Part shown: piece by piece, positions 9,254 through 21,357 of the stretch | Numbering within the stretch: position 1 is the first letter of the stretch | Layout of the letters: each line of letters opens with the position of its first letter | Assembly: GCA_035252585.1 (NCBI GenBank) | Contig: DATFCX010000010.1 | Span: forward strand, 483 to 64,482 | Reading direction: 5' to 3' | Origin: Gaiellaceae bacterium | GTDB taxonomy: Bacteria > Actinomycetota > Thermoleophilia > Gaiellales > Gaiellaceae | Length of the DNA stretch: 64,000 nt | Program-made: the position numbers and the translations under genes | The notes under the pieces: model-generated | The model's database searches: none | The model's input: only the letters and a program-made list of their open reading frames with translations | What the model was told of the DNA's origin: nothing

Positions 9254-9595
9254 ATGGAGGCGGCGCGGGCTCTCGCGGATCTCGTCGAGATCTCGCCCCA
9301 GATCGAGGCGGCCGCAGTCGTGGCGGCAGACGGGGAGATGGCGGGCTCGGTGGGCGTGCCGGAAGGGCGCGCGAGCCTGCTCGCGCGAGCCGTACGCGAG
9401 CTCGTCGACGGCGCCGCGTTTCGCAGCGAGGGGCGCGTCACGCAGATCCACGCAGAGCTCGAGGGTGGCGACGTGTTCGCGGTCACCGGCGCGGCTGAGC
9501 GGACGATCGTGGCCGTCACGACCGAGCGGCCGTCGCCCGGTCTCGTCTTCTACGACCTGAAGCGGTGCCTCGCCGCCGTGGCGGATGAGACGTAG
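9254..9595 (+). CDS. Roadblock/LC7-like small protein (tentative)
   Basis: This is the C-terminal 113 codons of track ORF 8894-9595, starting at ATG 9254. LADLVEISPQIEAAAVVAADGEMAGS...GDVFAVTGAAERTIVAVTTERPSPGLVFYDLKRCL follows the alpha-beta-alpha Roadblock/MglB pattern as I remember it. Not verified. Confidence 0.45.
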   Translation: MEAARALADLVEISPQIEAAAVVAADGEMAGSVGVPEGRASLLARAVRELVDGAAFRSEGRVTQIHAELEGGDVFAVTGAAERTIVAVTTERPSPGLVFYDLKRCLAAVADET

Positions 9596-9794
9596 GCTGC
9601 TCACGCTCGCCGGGTTCGCGAGCGGCGCGCTCGCCGGAACGGCCGTGTACCGGCGCTGGTTCGGCGCCCGCCGCGAGCGGATCGATCTCTACTTCGCCGA
9701 CGGCTCCTTCGTCACGTTCGGCGCGGGCTCGTCGGAAGCGGCGCGGCTCCTTCCGCTCGCGCAGCAGGTCTTCACGGCGGCGCGCCGCCGATGA
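9585..9794 (+). CDS. hypothetical 69-aa protein with an N-terminal TM helix
   Basis: The ATG overlaps the upstream stop by 11 nt and the stop overlaps the pyrE ATG (ATGA). RLLTLAGFASGALAGTAVY is hydrophobic. High GC3. Confidence 0.4.
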   Translation: MRRRLLTLAGFASGALAGTAVYRRWFGARRERIDLYFADGSFVTFGAGSSEAARLLPLAQQVFTAARRR

Positions 9795-10348
9795 ACGACG
9801 CGGAGCTTCGGGAGGCGCTCGTCTCGGCGGCCTACCTCGAGGGCGACTTCGTGCTGCGCTCCGGTAAGCGCTCCCGCTACTACCTCGACAAGTTCCGCTT
9901 CGAGACGCGTCCGGACCTCCTCGCGCCGCTCGGGGAGCGGATCGCCGCCGCCGTCCGTGAGCACGAGCCCGAAGCAGCGCGCCTCGCCGCCCCGGTGCTC
10001 GGCGCCGTGCCGCTTGCCGCGGCGGCATCGTTGGCCGGCGGGCGGCCGTTCGTGATCGTTCGCGACGAGGCGAAGGAATACGGCACCGCGAACCGGCTCG
10101 AGGGCGCCTACGAGGAAGGCGAGCTCGTCTGCCTCGTCGAGGACATCGTGACCTCCGGCGGGGCGCTCGTCGATGCGATCTCGGCTGTGCGAGACGCCGG
10201 TCTCGTCGTCCGCACGGCAGTCTGCGTGATCGACCGGGAGGAGGGCGGCGCCGACGCTCTCGCGCGCCACGCCGTGCGTTTGCGGCCGCTTTTCCGGGCA
10301 GGAGACCTGCTGCAAGGCGAGAAAACCCCCGCAAAACCGCATGGTTGA
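9791..10348 (+). CDS. pyrE: orotate phosphoribosyltransferase
   Basis: GDFVLRSGKRSRYYLD and the PRPP loop LVEDIVTSGGA. 185 aa. Confidence 0.9.
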   Translation: MNDAELREALVSAAYLEGDFVLRSGKRSRYYLDKFRFETRPDLLAPLGERIAAAVREHEPEAARLAAPVLGAVPLAAAASLAGGRPFVIVRDEAKEYGTANRLEGAYEEGELVCLVEDIVTSGGALVDAISAVRDAGLVVRTAVCVIDREEGGADALARHAVRLRPLFRAGDLLQGEKTPAKPHG

Positions 10349-10373
10349 GCGGCAAACACGGACTTGGTAGGGT
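10345..10373 (+). promoter_or_regulatory. candidate sigma-70-type promoter of hup
   Basis: TTGAGC (10345-10350), a 17-nt spacer, then TAGGGT (10368-10373), about 40 nt upstream of the hup GTG, which is preceded by GGAGGAGAG. Confidence 0.45.
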
Positions 10374-10412
10374 CGTTCAGGCCCAGCAAGCGATCTACGA
10401 CTGGAGGAGAGA

Positions 10413-10703
10413 GTGACGAAGCAGGAGTTCGTATCCGAGATTGCCCGCCGCGCGCAGCTGTCCAACCGCGACGCAGGCAAAGCCGTCGACGCGTTCCTCG
10501 ACGCCGTCACCGACACGCTGAAGGGTGGAGGCGAGGTCGCGTTCACAGGATTCGGAAAGTTCTCGACCGCGAACCGCGCGGCGCGGACGGGGGTCAACCC
10601 GCGCAACCCGAGTGAGAAGGTGCACATCCCTGCGGCACGGGTCCCGAAGTTCTCGGCCGGCAGCGGCCTCAAGACGGCCGTCAAGCAGACGTCGTCCTAC
10701 TAG
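10413..10703 (+). CDS. hup: HU-family DNA-binding protein
   Basis: MTKQEFVSEIA...GFGKFSTANRAARTGVNPRNPSEKVHIPAARVPKFSAG is the classic HU/IHF arm. GTG start. Confidence 0.9.
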   Translation: MTKQEFVSEIARRAQLSNRDAGKAVDAFLDAVTDTLKGGGEVAFTGFGKFSTANRAARTGVNPRNPSEKVHIPAARVPKFSAGSGLKTAVKQTSSY

Positions 10704-10729
10704 ACCAGCCAAGTCTCCTCCGAGGATCG

Positions 10730-10760
10730 AGAGGCCGCCTCCGGGCGGTCTCTTGTTTTG
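10730..10760 (+). terminator. rho-independent terminator after hup
   Basis: AGAGGCCGCC (10730-10739), loop TCCG, GGCGGTCTCT (10744-10753), giving a 10-bp stem with one G-U pair, followed by TGTTTT. Confidence 0.8.
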
Positions 10761-10799
10761 GGGAAGCCCTCGCCGGGGGTCCCCGTATCCTCAGTGACG

Positions 10800-11630
10800 A
10801 TGTGCGACGCGGGTCATTTCGCGGATCGGCTGGCGGCCGCCGTGGAACGCCACGGCGCGCCGCTCTGCGTCGGTCTCGACCCCGATCCCGCGCTGATGCC
10901 CGCAAGGCTGGGCATCGGCGAGTTCTGTCGCGGGATCGTCGACGCCGTCGCCGACGTCGCCGTCGCCGTGAAGCCGCAGGCGGCCTTCTTCGAGGCGCAG
11001 GGAGCCGCCGGCTGGGCGGCGCTCGCCGAGGTGTGCGACCACGCCCGCGCTGCCGGCCTGCTCGTGATCCTCGACGCCAAGCGGGGCGACGTCCCGTCGA
11101 CCGCCCGCGCATACGCCGCGGCCCTCGCGCCGCTCGCCGACGCGGTGACGGTGAACCCGTACCTGGGCCACGACTCGCTCGAGCCGTTCTTCGCGCGCGA
11201 CGGACTCGGCGTGTTCGTCCTCGTCAAGACCTCGAACCCGAGCAGCGTCGACGTCCAGGACGTCCGGCTCGCCGACGGAAGGCCGTTGTGGCAGCACGTC
11301 GCCGCCCTCGTCGACCGCTGGGGAGCGGACGATCTCGGGGCGAGCGGGCTCTCCTCGGTCGGGGCGGTCGTGGGGGCGACCTTCCCGCAAGAGGTGGCCG
11401 AGGCGCGGCAGCTGCTGCCGCGGTCCGTGCTCCTGCTGCCTGGGGTCGGTGCGCAGGGAGCGCGTGCCGCGGAGCTGGCCGAGGCGTTCTCGGTCGGGCC
11501 GGCCGGCGCGCTCGTCTCCGCCTCCCGCTCCGTTCTCTACGCCGACCGGGGCGCGGGCTGGCAGGAGGCGGCGGCCGCCGAGGCCGGACGCCTCGCCGAC
11601 GAGCTGCGTTCCGTCGCCGTCGCGGGCTGA
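10800..11630 (+). CDS. pyrF: orotidine 5'-phosphate decarboxylase (type 2)
   Basis: LCVGLDPD, LDAKRGDVPSTA, VTVNPYLG and LLPGVGAQG motifs. ATG 10800 was chosen within track ORF 10758-11630. Confidence 0.85.
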   Translation: MCDAGHFADRLAAAVERHGAPLCVGLDPDPALMPARLGIGEFCRGIVDAVADVAVAVKPQAAFFEAQGAAGWAALAEVCDHARAAGLLVILDAKRGDVPSTARAYAAALAPLADAVTVNPYLGHDSLEPFFARDGLGVFVLVKTSNPSSVDVQDVRLADGRPLWQHVAALVDRWGADDLGASGLSSVGAVVGATFPQEVAEARQLLPRSVLLLPGVGAQGARAAELAEAFSVGPAGALVSASRSVLYADRGAGWQEAAAAEAGRLADELRSVAVAG

Positions 11631-11631
11631 C

Positions 11632-11949
11632 GTGGAACGGAGCCGCATCACGCGCTGGGCGGCGCCCGTCGCCTTTCTCGCCGCGGTCACGATCGGCGCG
11701 CTCCTCGTCCGCTCCGGCCTCCAGCACGGCAAGCATCACGCGACGAAGCCGGCCACGACGCTGACCGCGAAGTCGAAGCAACACCACGGGCACGCTCACC
11801 GGCGACCAAAGACGTACACCGTCGAGCAGGACGACACGCTGGAGTCGATCGCGACGAAGACGGGCACGACGGTCGCCAGGCTCCTGAAGCTCAATCCCGG
11901 GGTCAACCCCACGGCGCTCCGCGTGGGCCAGAGGATCCGCGTCCAGTAA
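11632..11949 (+). CDS. membrane-anchored LysM-domain protein
   Basis: GTG 11632 lies directly after the pyrF stop. N-terminal TM (WAAPVAFLAAVTIGALLV), a His/Lys-rich linker, then the LysM domain YTVEQDDTLESIATKTGTTVARLLKLNPGVNPTALRVGQRIRV. Confidence 0.7.
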   Translation: MERSRITRWAAPVAFLAAVTIGALLVRSGLQHGKHHATKPATTLTAKSKQHHGHAHRRPKTYTVEQDDTLESIATKTGTTVARLLKLNPGVNPTALRVGQRIRVQ

Positions 11950-11976
11950 CCTCCGCCCCGGCGTGGTGCACCGGCA

Positions 11977-12933
11977 GTGATCGTCACCGTAACCCTCAAC
12001 GCCGCGGTCGACCGGACGCTGACCGTTCCGAACTTCCAGTTCGGCCACCGGCACCGCGCATCGAACAGCCTCACGAGCGCGGGCGGCAAGGGCATCAACG
12101 TCGCACGGGCGCTGAAGCGGCTCGAGGCGCCGGTCGTCGCGACCGGGCTCGCCGGCGGTCGCACCGGCGAGCAGATCGTCGAGGATCTCGGCATCGAGGG
12201 GATCATCAGCGACTTCGTCCGCATCTCCGACGACTCGCGCACCTCGATCGCCGTCCTCGACCCGACCGCGGGCGCGCTCACCGAGGTCTACGAATGGGGC
12301 CCGGCCGTGCGGCCCGAGGAGCTGCGGATGCTGACCGACAAGCTCCACTACCTCTCTCGCGTGGCCACCTTCGTCGTCTTCTGCGGCTCCCTGCCGCGCG
12401 ACGTCGAGAACGACTTCTACGCCGACGCCATCCACGACCTGACGCGCCGCGGCATCAAGTGCGTCCTCGACTGCGAGGGAGAGCCGCTGCGGCTCGGCGT
12501 CGAGGCGGAGCCCTACCTCGTCACGCCGAACCAGCAGGAGGCCGAGAGCCTCGTGGGCCAGGAGTTCATGGACGAGGAGGACTTCGTCATGGCCCTCGAC
12601 ACGATCGCCGACCTCGGTGCGCGCAACGTCCTCATCACCCAGGAGACCGCGTGCTTCGCGCTCGTGCGGGAGGACCGGCACGTGCAGCGGTTCCGGGCGT
12701 CGATCCCGCGCGTCGAGCCGATCGCCCCGGTCGGCGCCGGGGACGTCCTCCTCGGCGGCTACCTCTCCGAGCGCTTCAACGGGCGTTCGGTCGGCGACGC
12801 GCTGCGGACCGCAGTCGGTTGCGCGGCGGCCTCGGTCGTCGAGCTCGGGGCCGGGCGGTTCGACCCTCGCGAGGCGGCCCGTCTTGCGGGCGGAGTCGAG
12901 ATCGTCGAGCTCGCGCCCGTCGAGGCCGGCTAG
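11977..12933 (+). CDS. PfkB-family 1-phosphofructokinase/hexose-phosphate kinase
   Basis: MIVTVTLNAAVDRT..., SAGGKGINVARAL and the C-terminal PVGAGDVLLGG anion hole. 318 aa. Confidence 0.85.
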   Translation: MIVTVTLNAAVDRTLTVPNFQFGHRHRASNSLTSAGGKGINVARALKRLEAPVVATGLAGGRTGEQIVEDLGIEGIISDFVRISDDSRTSIAVLDPTAGALTEVYEWGPAVRPEELRMLTDKLHYLSRVATFVVFCGSLPRDVENDFYADAIHDLTRRGIKCVLDCEGEPLRLGVEAEPYLVTPNQQEAESLVGQEFMDEEDFVMALDTIADLGARNVLITQETACFALVREDRHVQRFRASIPRVEPIAPVGAGDVLLGGYLSERFNGRSVGDALRTAVGCAAASVVELGAGRFDPREAARLAGGVEIVELAPVEAG

Positions 12934-14018
12934 CCGATCGTCACTGCGCGGAGCCGGCCGCTGCCGTTGTGGTTCTCCGCCCAGATGAGCCGGCCGCGTG
13001 CGAGCGCGAGGCCGACGGAGGTCAGTCCCGTATTGGCGACGGTTCGGATGCGGCCGTTCCGGGTGGAGACGCTGCGAAGCCGGCGGCCGGCGCGGTAGAC
13101 GATCATCCGGTCGCTCGCCGCGAGTAGCGGTGCGGTCGACGGGGAGACCAGCGCGCTGCCGAGCTTCGTCCCGTCGGTCGCGGAGAACCACGAGATCCTG
13201 TCGTGGTCGCCCGGTCCGGTGAGCACGGCGAGCACGTGGGAGCTGAGCGCGATCGCCTGGGGGATTCCGTGCACCTTGGGCTCGGCGAGCACCTGTCCCG
13301 TCGTGGCGTCCACGATCGGAAGCGTGGCATTGGTGGTGGCCGCGGGACGGTTGCCGTGGACGATCGTCGCAGGGATGTACGCGACGCGACCGGCTGCTGC
13401 GGCGAGCTGGAGCGCAGGCTCGGTTCCGGGCAGCGGCGTGGATGTGAACTTCGTGCCCTGGCGCGTGACGACCCGGATCCCGCCGTCGGCGATCTTCTCC
13501 TTGCACATCCCGCCGGCGAGGCAGCTTTCGGGGTTGACGTACTCGACGTCCACCCACGAGTACGCGAGCACGTGGCCGGCTCCCGCCACGCCGCCCAGCC
13601 ATTCGCCGGTGCCGTCCGTCGCGTGGCCGAGCCGGTCGAGCTGCCGCTCGGGCCCGCCGAAGGATGCGGCGAGGACGAAGTCGAAGGGCGACGGGCCGGT
13701 TCCGTGCAGCGTCCAGATGGCCGACGACATGCGAGCTGCGATCGCGAGCTGCGCCTGCCCCTCCGAGAGATCCCAGGTGCACGTCGTGTTGCTGGAGGAG
13801 GGCGGCGGCAGGATCCGGTCCCGCTTCCCCGGGGACATCACGTGCACCTCGTTGCAGGGATGATCGCCGGAGGCGAGCCATGCGGCGAGATTGTTGTCCG
13901 CAGCGACCGCCGCAATAGGGCCGCTCGGGCTCTTGCGCAGGGTGTGTGAGGTCGGCCGTCCGGCCAGCGCCGAGCCGGCGAGGACGAGAAGTCCCGCAGT
14001 CGCGAGGAGGACCCGCAC
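12930..14018 (-). CDS. hypothetical secreted protein, probably beta-propeller-like
   Basis: GTG at 14018 gives the signal-like VRVLLATAGLLVLAGSALAGRP. The rest of track ORF 12930-14405 upstream is antisense to guaB. Beta-rich repetitive pattern; no family recognised. Confidence 0.55.
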   Translation of the reverse strand: MRVLLATAGLLVLAGSALAGRPTSHTLRKSPSGPIAAVAADNNLAAWLASGDHPCNEVHVMSPGKRDRILPPPSSSNTTCTWDLSEGQAQLAIAARMSSAIWTLHGTGPSPFDFVLAASFGGPERQLDRLGHATDGTGEWLGGVAGAGHVLAYSWVDVEYVNPESCLAGGMCKEKIADGGIRVVTRQGTKFTSTPLPGTEPALQLAAAAGRVAYIPATIVHGNRPAATTNATLPIVDATTGQVLAEPKVHGIPQAIALSSHVLAVLTGPGDHDRISWFSATDGTKLGSALVSPSTAPLLAASDRMIVYRAGRRLRSVSTRNGRIRTVANTGLTSVGLALARGRLIWAENHNGSGRLRAVTIG

Positions 14019-14031
14019 GGCTGGACGGTAG

Positions 14032-15612
<1,581 letters not shown>

Positions 15613-15655
15613 GGGTGCGCAAGTCCTTGTATTCCCCGGTCACGAGGACCGGCCG

Positions 15656-17176
15656 GTGCTCGTCCTCGACCTCGGTGGGCAGTACTCGCAGCTGATCGCG
15701 CGGCGCGTCCGCGAGTGCCGCGTCTACTCCGAGCTCGTCGGCCACACGATCACGCCCGAGGCGGTGCGCGCCCGGAACCCGTACGCGCTCGTGTTGAGCG
15801 GCGGCCCGGCGTCCGTCTACTCCGACGACGCGCCGCGCGTCGATCCGGCGCTGTTCGAGCTCGGAGTGCCGACGCTCGGGATCTGCTACGGCGCGCAGCT
15901 CATGGCACTCGAGCTCGGCGGCCGCGTCGACCGCACCGGCGTCTCGGAGTTCGGGCGCACCTCGATGGAGGCGGTGGAATCGCAGCTTCTGGCGGACACG
16001 CCTCCTGCGCAGACGGTCTGGATGTCGCATCGCGACACTGTCGTCGCAGCACCGGAGGGCGCGCGTGTGGTCGCGAGCTCGCCGGCGACGCCGGTCGCGG
16101 CCTTCGAGGCGCCCGAGCGCGGGCTGTACGGCGTCCAGTTCCATCCGGAGGTCGTCCACACCCCCCACGGCATGGACGTGTTGAAGAACTTCCTGTACCG
16201 CGTCGCCGACGCGCCGCCGGCCTGGACCCCGGCCGCCGTGATCGAGGAGCAGGTGGCGCGCATCCAGGCCCAGGTCGGTCGCGAGCGCGTGCTCTGCGCC
16301 TTGTCCGGCGGCGTCGACTCCTCCGTCGCCGCGCTGCTCGTGCACAAGGCGGTCGGCGAGCAGCTCACCTGCGTCTTCGTCGACCATGGCCTGCTGCGCC
16401 AGGACGAGGCCGAGCAGGTCGTCGAGACCTTCGGCGAGCACTTCCAGGTCCCGCTCGTCCACGTGCAGGCGCAGGCGCGGTTCCTCGAGCTGCTCGAGGG
16501 CGTCGAGGAGCCGGAGGAGAAGCGCAAGATCATCGGCCGCGAGTTCATCCGCGTCTTCGAGGAGGAGGCGCGGAAGCTCGGGGACGTCCGCTGGCTCGTG
16601 CAGGGGACGCTCTACTCCGACGTGATCGAGTCGGGCGGTACCGAAGGCGTCGCCGCCACGATCAAGTCGCACCACAACGTCGGCGGCCTGCCGCCCGACA
16701 TGAAGATTCGCCTCGTCGAGCCGCTGCGGCTGCTGTTCAAGGACGAGGTTCGGCGCGTGGGGGAGGAGCTCGGGATGCCCGAGCGGATGGTCTGGCGCCA
16801 GCCGTTCCCGGGCCCGGGCCTCGCGATCCGGATCATCGGCGCGGTCACCGCCGAGCGGCTCGAGATCCTGCGCCAGGCAGACGCGGTGCTGCAGGAGGAG
16901 GTGCGGCGCGCCGGCCTCTACGGCGAGCTGTGGCAGTCGTTCGCCGTGCTACCCGCGGTTCGCTCGGTCGGCGTCCAGGGCGACGAGCGAACGTACGGCT
17001 ATCCGATCGTGATCCGGGCGGTGACGAGCGACGACGCGATGACCGCCGACTGGGCGCGGCTCCCGTACGACCTCGTCGAGACGGTCTCCGCCCGGATCGT
17101 GAACGAGATCCCGGGCGTCAACCGCGTGGTGCTCGACGTGACGTCGAAGCCGCCGGCGACGATCGAGTGGGAATAG
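15656..17176 (+). CDS. guaA: GMP synthase (glutamine-hydrolysing)
   Basis: GATase GICYGAQLM and FHPEV, PP-loop SGGVDSSV, and the canonical C-terminus PPATIEWE. Confidence 0.95.
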   Translation: MLVLDLGGQYSQLIARRVRECRVYSELVGHTITPEAVRARNPYALVLSGGPASVYSDDAPRVDPALFELGVPTLGICYGAQLMALELGGRVDRTGVSEFGRTSMEAVESQLLADTPPAQTVWMSHRDTVVAAPEGARVVASSPATPVAAFEAPERGLYGVQFHPEVVHTPHGMDVLKNFLYRVADAPPAWTPAAVIEEQVARIQAQVGRERVLCALSGGVDSSVAALLVHKAVGEQLTCVFVDHGLLRQDEAEQVVETFGEHFQVPLVHVQAQARFLELLEGVEEPEEKRKIIGREFIRVFEEEARKLGDVRWLVQGTLYSDVIESGGTEGVAATIKSHHNVGGLPPDMKIRLVEPLRLLFKDEVRRVGEELGMPERMVWRQPFPGPGLAIRIIGAVTAERLEILRQADAVLQEEVRRAGLYGELWQSFAVLPAVRSVGVQGDERTYGYPIVIRAVTSDDAMTADWARLPYDLVETVSARIVNEIPGVNRVVLDVTSKPPATIEWE

Positions 17177-17190
17177 CGTACGAGCCCGGG

Positions 17191-17802
17191 ATGGGCTCCT
17201 TCTACGACCTGCTCAAGAAGCGTCGCGCCGTTCGCAGCTACACCGGCGAGCGCGTGCCGCGCGAGACGCTCGAGCGGATCGCCCGCGCCGCGCGCCGCGG
17301 ACCGAACGCCGGCTACAGCCAGGGCCTGCGGCTGCTCGTCGTCGACGAGCCGGAGACGATCGCCCAGCTCGCGGCGATGCAGGAGGACGAGGCGTCGCAG
17401 GGGTGGTTCGGCAAGGCCGCGGCGCACGTCTTCGTGCTCACGCGGGAGCAGGACTACCACGACCGCTACAACCAGCCCGACAAGCTTGCGGTCACCGGCG
17501 GCGTCGAGGTCGTGTGGCCGGTGCCGTTCTGGCACGTCGACGCCGGCGCGGCGCTGATGCTCGTGTGGCTGGCGGCACTCGAGGAGGGCCTCGGCGCGGG
17601 CGTGTACGGCGTGCCGGTGGAGGAGGACGCGCGCTGGCGGGAGCTGCTCGCGATCCCGGACGACCTGACGATCGTCGTCGGGGTGACGATCGGCCATCCC
17701 GCGGAGGATCCCGACTGGGACCGGGCGACGAGCGCTTTCTCGCAGCGCCGGCGCGCGCACGACGAGGTCGTGCAGTGGAACCGCTGGCCCTCGGCTTTGT
17801 AA
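17191..17802 (+). CDS. nitroreductase family protein
   Basis: ATG 17191 within track ORF 15715-17802. LLKKRRAVRSYTGERVPRETLERIARAARRGPNAGYSQ is the typical nitroreductase N-terminus. Confidence 0.8.
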   Translation: MGSFYDLLKKRRAVRSYTGERVPRETLERIARAARRGPNAGYSQGLRLLVVDEPETIAQLAAMQEDEASQGWFGKAAAHVFVLTREQDYHDRYNQPDKLAVTGGVEVVWPVPFWHVDAGAALMLVWLAALEEGLGAGVYGVPVEEDARWRELLAIPDDLTIVVGVTIGHPAEDPDWDRATSAFSQRRRAHDEVVQWNRWPSAL

Positions 17803-17833
17803 GTCGTTTCGCATCCGCATTAGGCTCTAACCC

Positions 17834-20800
17834 ATGACGGTTTGCGCCTCCTGCGGACGCGAGAACCGTGAGGGACGGAAGTTCTGCGTCGGCTGCGGCC
17901 GATCCCTCGCGGTCGACCTCACGTGCGCTTCCTGCGGCGCTCCGTACGAGCCGGACGAGCGGTTCTGCGGCGATTGCGGCGCCGCGCTGGCCGGCGGGAC
18001 GGCGACGGCTGCGCCCGCGGAGCCGGCGGTCGCAGAGCGCCGCCTCGTCTCGGTCTTGTTCGCCGACCTGGTCGGGTTCACGACACTCTCGGCCTCTCGC
18101 GACCCGGAGGAAGTCCGGGAGCTCCTCTCTCGCTACTTCGACACGTGCCGGCGACTCGTGGGCCTGTACGGGGGTGTGGTCGAGAAGTTCATCGGCGACG
18201 CTGTGATGGCGGTCTGGGGGACGCCGGTCGCGACGGAGGACGACGCCGAGCGCGCGGTTCGCACTGCGCTCGACCTCGTCGCCGCCGTGCAGGCTCTCGG
18301 GCAGGAAGCCGGCATCGACGGTCTCCGCGCCCGCGCCGGCGTCCTCACGGGCGAGGCCGCGGTCAACATCGCCGCGATCGGCGAGGGCATGGTGGCCGGC
18401 GACCTCGTGAACACTGCATCGCGGGTGCAGTCGGTCGCGGAGCCGGGCTCCGTCTTCGTCGGCGAGGCGACACGGCGGACGACGGAGGGGACCGTCGTCT
18501 ACGAGTCCGCGGGAAGCTTCGAGCTGAAGGGCAAGGAGGGTGAGACGCCGCTGTGGCGCGCCTTGCGCGTCGTCTCGGGCCGGGCGGGCTCGCTCAAGTC
18601 GGAGGGCCTGGAGGCGCCGTTCGTGGGACGCGACCGCGAGTTGCGGCAGATCAAGGATCTCTTCCACGTCTGCGCAGAGGAGAAGCGGGCGCAGCTGGTC
18701 TCGGTGACGGGAATCGCCGGCATCGGGAAGTCGCGGCTGTCCTGGGAGTTCTACAAGTACTTCGACGGCATCGCCCAGACCATCTACTGGCATCGCGGCC
18801 GCTGCCTCGCCTACGGCGAAGGCGTGACGTACTGGGCGCTGGGGGACATGGTCCGGTGGCGCTGCGGGATCGCGGAGGACGACCCGCAGGAGGAGGCGCT
18901 GCAGAAGCTCCACGCCGCGCTCGACGAGCATCTACTCGATCAGGAGGAACGGCGGTTCGTGGAGCCGCGACTCGCCCAACTGCTCGCTCTCGGCGACGGC
19001 GCCTCCCACGAGCGCCAGGACCTGTTCGCGGCGTGGCGCCTCTTCTTCGAGCGGCTGGCGGACACGTATCCGACGATCCTCGCCTTCGAGGACATGCAGT
19101 GGGCGGACGAGTCGCTCCTCGACTTCGTCGAGTACCTGCTCGAGTGGTCGCGCGACAAGCCGCTGCTCGTCGTCACCATGGCGCGGCCCGAGCTGCTCGA
19201 GAAGCGGCCGACCTGGGGCGCCGGCCACCGCAACTTCACCTCGCTCTACCTCGAGCCGCTCTCGGAGCAGGCAATGGAGGAGCTGCTCGTCGGCCTGGTG
19301 CCGGGGCTACCGCCGCAGCTGCGCAACCAGATCCTCGAGCGGGCGGAAGGCGTCCCCCTCTACGCGGTGGAGACGGTGCGAATGCTGCTCGACCGCGGCC
19401 TGCTCGTTCAGGAAGGCTCGAGCTACCAGCTCGTGGGCGAGGTCGGCACGCTCGAGGTTCCCGAGACGCTGCACGCGCTCATCGCCGCGCGTCTCGACGG
19501 TCTCGCACCCGAAGAGCGGCGCCTGCTCGGCGACGCAGCCGTCCTGGGCAAGACGTTCGCGCCGCACGCTCTCACCGCACTGAGCGGCGTCCAGAGCGAG
19601 GAGCTGGAGGGAATCCTCGCCGGCCTGGTGCGGCGCGAGGTGCTCGGGTTGCAGTCCGATCCGCGCTCGCCCGAGCAGGGCCAGTACACGTTCCTCCAGG
19701 ATCTCCTTCGCCACGTCGCGTACGAGACGTTGCCGAAGCGAGAACGGCGCGGCAAGCACCTCGCCGCCGCCGAGCATCTCTCCGCAACCCTCGAGGAGGA
19801 CGAGGTCTCCGAGGTCGTCGCCTCCCACCTGGTCGATGCCTACCGGCTCGATCCCGAGGCCGAGGACAGCGCAGCCCTGCGCCGGCAGGCGTACGAGGCA
19901 TTGCTCCGCGCGGGGTCCCGTGCTGCCGCGCTCGGTGCTTCGGGCGAGGCGCTGCGCTACTTCGAGCAGGCGGCCGAGCTCGCCTCCGAGCCGCGTGAGG
20001 AGGCCGCGGCCCTTACCCGGGCCGGCGAGATGGCGGTTGCGGCGGGTGAGAACGAGCGCGGAATCGCGCTCCTCGAACAGGCGATCGGTCTGTACGAGTC
20101 GTGCGGAGACACCCACGGAGCGGCGCGGGCCGCGGGCTGGACGGCGGTCGCCGAGCAGCGGCTGGGGCGCCACCAGGCTGGGATCGAGCGACTGGAGCAG
20201 GCCCACTCGGCCATCGGCGCCGACGAGCCCGACGCCGATCTCGCGCTTCTTCTCCTTCGGCTGGGGCAGGCGTACTTCTTCGGCGGGGAGTCCGAACGAG
20301 CGGCTGAGCTGATCGAGCGAGGCCTGGGTATCGCCGAGGCGCTCGAGCTCCCCGAGCTGCTCGGGCGCGGGTGGTCGCTGAGAGGCATGGTCGTGGCGGG
20401 AGCTCATCCCGAGGAGGGGCGCGGATTCTTCCAGCTCGCGCTCGAGAAGGCGCTCAGCCTCGAGCTGTACCCGGACGCCAGCAATGCGAGCGCGAACCTG
20501 TCCGATCTCGCGTTCGGGCGAGACCGGTATGTGGAGTCGCTCACGCACCTCGAGCTCGCACTCGAGCTCTCGCGCCGGGTCGGCGTTCGGCCCTTCGAGT
20601 GGTTCGCGCTGAGCGAGATGAGCTACGCGCTGATCATGCTGGGTCGCTGGGACGAGGCGCTCGCGCGCTTCGCGGAGCTTCCGCCGGAGCTGCTCGGCGC
20701 GGAGTCGAACGTGCTGAGTCCGCTGAGCGGCATCCTCGAGCTGTACCTCCACCGCGGGCAGCTCCAGCCTGCGCGGGAGCTCTTGGCCAGGTTCGAGCCG

Positions 20801-21355
20801 ATGGGCGAATCGGGCATCGCCCAGGCCGAGGGCTGCTACCAGGCGGGGCTCGCGGCGGTGCGCCTCGCCGAGGGCGACCTCGCGGCTGCCTTGAAGGCGG
20901 CCGAGCAGGCCTTCCAAAATCGCGAGGTGGGGCGCATCACAGGTCAGAACTGCAAGCTCGGCTTTCTCCATGCGCTCGAGGCCACTCTCGCTTCCGGCGA
21001 TCACGGGAAGGCAGTCGAGCTTCTCGAGATCGTCGAAGCGCAGCCACCGGGTCTCAGCTCGCCGTTCCTCCAGGCCACCGCGCATCGCTTCCGCGGCCGG
21101 CTCGCCGGCGACGATCCCGGCGCGGACAGGCACTTCACGGCTGCCGCTGCTCGACTTCGGGCGGCCGAGCTTCCCTTCTATCTCGCCGTCGTCCAGCTCG
21201 AGCACGGCGAGTGGCTGACGGCCCGCGGGCGGCCGGACGACGCGCAGCCGCTCCTGGCCGAGGCGCGCGACACGTTCGAGCGGCTCGAGGCTGCTCCGTG
21301 GCTGGAGCGGGTCGACTCCGTCGCACCCGGCGCACCTGCCGAAGCCCTGGCCTGA
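17834..21355 (+). CDS. multidomain signalling protein: double zinc ribbon + class III adenylate/guanylate cyclase + AAA/STAND ATPase + TPR array
   Basis: [19 protein letters not shown] and [19 protein letters not shown] are two Cys4 ribbons. Cyclase motifs: [22 protein letters not shown] and [12 protein letters not shown]. Walker A is [10 protein letters not shown] (18709-18732). The C-terminal 500+ aa is helical-repeat/TPR-like. Confidence 0.85.
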   Translation: MTVCASCGRENREGRKFCVGCGRSLAVDLTCASCGAPYEPDERFCGDCGAALAGGTATAAPAEPAVAERRLVSVLFADLVGFTTLSASRDPEEVRELLSRYFDTCRRLVGLYGGVVEKFIGDAVMAVWGTPVATEDDAERAVRTALDLVAAVQALGQEAGIDGLRARAGVLTGEAAVNIAAIGEGMVAGDLVNTASRVQSVAEPGSVFVGEATRRTTEGTVVYESAGSFELKGKEGETPLWRALRVVSGRAGSLKSEGLEAPFVGRDRELRQIKDLFHVCAEEKRAQLVSVTGIAGIGKSRLSWEFYKYFDGIAQTIYWHRGRCLAYGEGVTYWALGDMVRWRCGIAEDDPQEEALQKLHAALDEHLLDQEERRFVEPRLAQLLALGDGASHERQDLFAAWRLFFERLADTYPTILAFEDMQWADESLLDFVEYLLEWSRDKPLLVVTMARPELLEKRPTWGAGHRNFTSLYLEPLSEQAMEELLVGLVPGLPPQLRNQILERAEGVPLYAVETVRMLLDRGLLVQEGSSYQLVGEVGTLEVPETLHALIAARLDGLAPEERRLLGDAAVLGKTFAPHALTALSGVQSEELEGILAGLVRREVLGLQSDPRSPEQGQYTFLQDLLRHVAYETLPKRERRGKHLAAAEHLSATLEEDEVSEVVASHLVDAYRLDPEAEDSAALRRQAYEALLRAGSRAAALGASGEALRYFEQAAELASEPREEAAALTRAGEMAVAAGENERGIALLEQAIGLYESCGDTHGAARAAGWTAVAEQRLGRHQAGIERLEQAHSAIGADEPDADLALLLLRLGQAYFFGGESERAAELIERGLGIAEALELPELLGRGWSLRGMVVAGAHPEEGRGFFQLALEKALSLELYPDASNASANLSDLAFGRDRYVESLTHLELALELSRRVGVRPFEWFALSEMSYALIMLGRWDEALARFAELPPELLGAESNVLSPLSGILELYLHRGQLQPARELLARFEPMGESGIAQAEGCYQAGLAAVRLAEGDLAAALKAAEQAFQNREVGRITGQNCKLGFLHALEATLASGDHGKAVELLEIVEAQPPGLSSPFLQATAHRFRGRLAGDDPGADRHFTAAAARLRAAELPFYLAVVQLEHGEWLTARGRPDDAQPLLAEARDTFERLEAAPWLERVDSVAPGAPAEALA

Positions 21356-21357
21356 GC

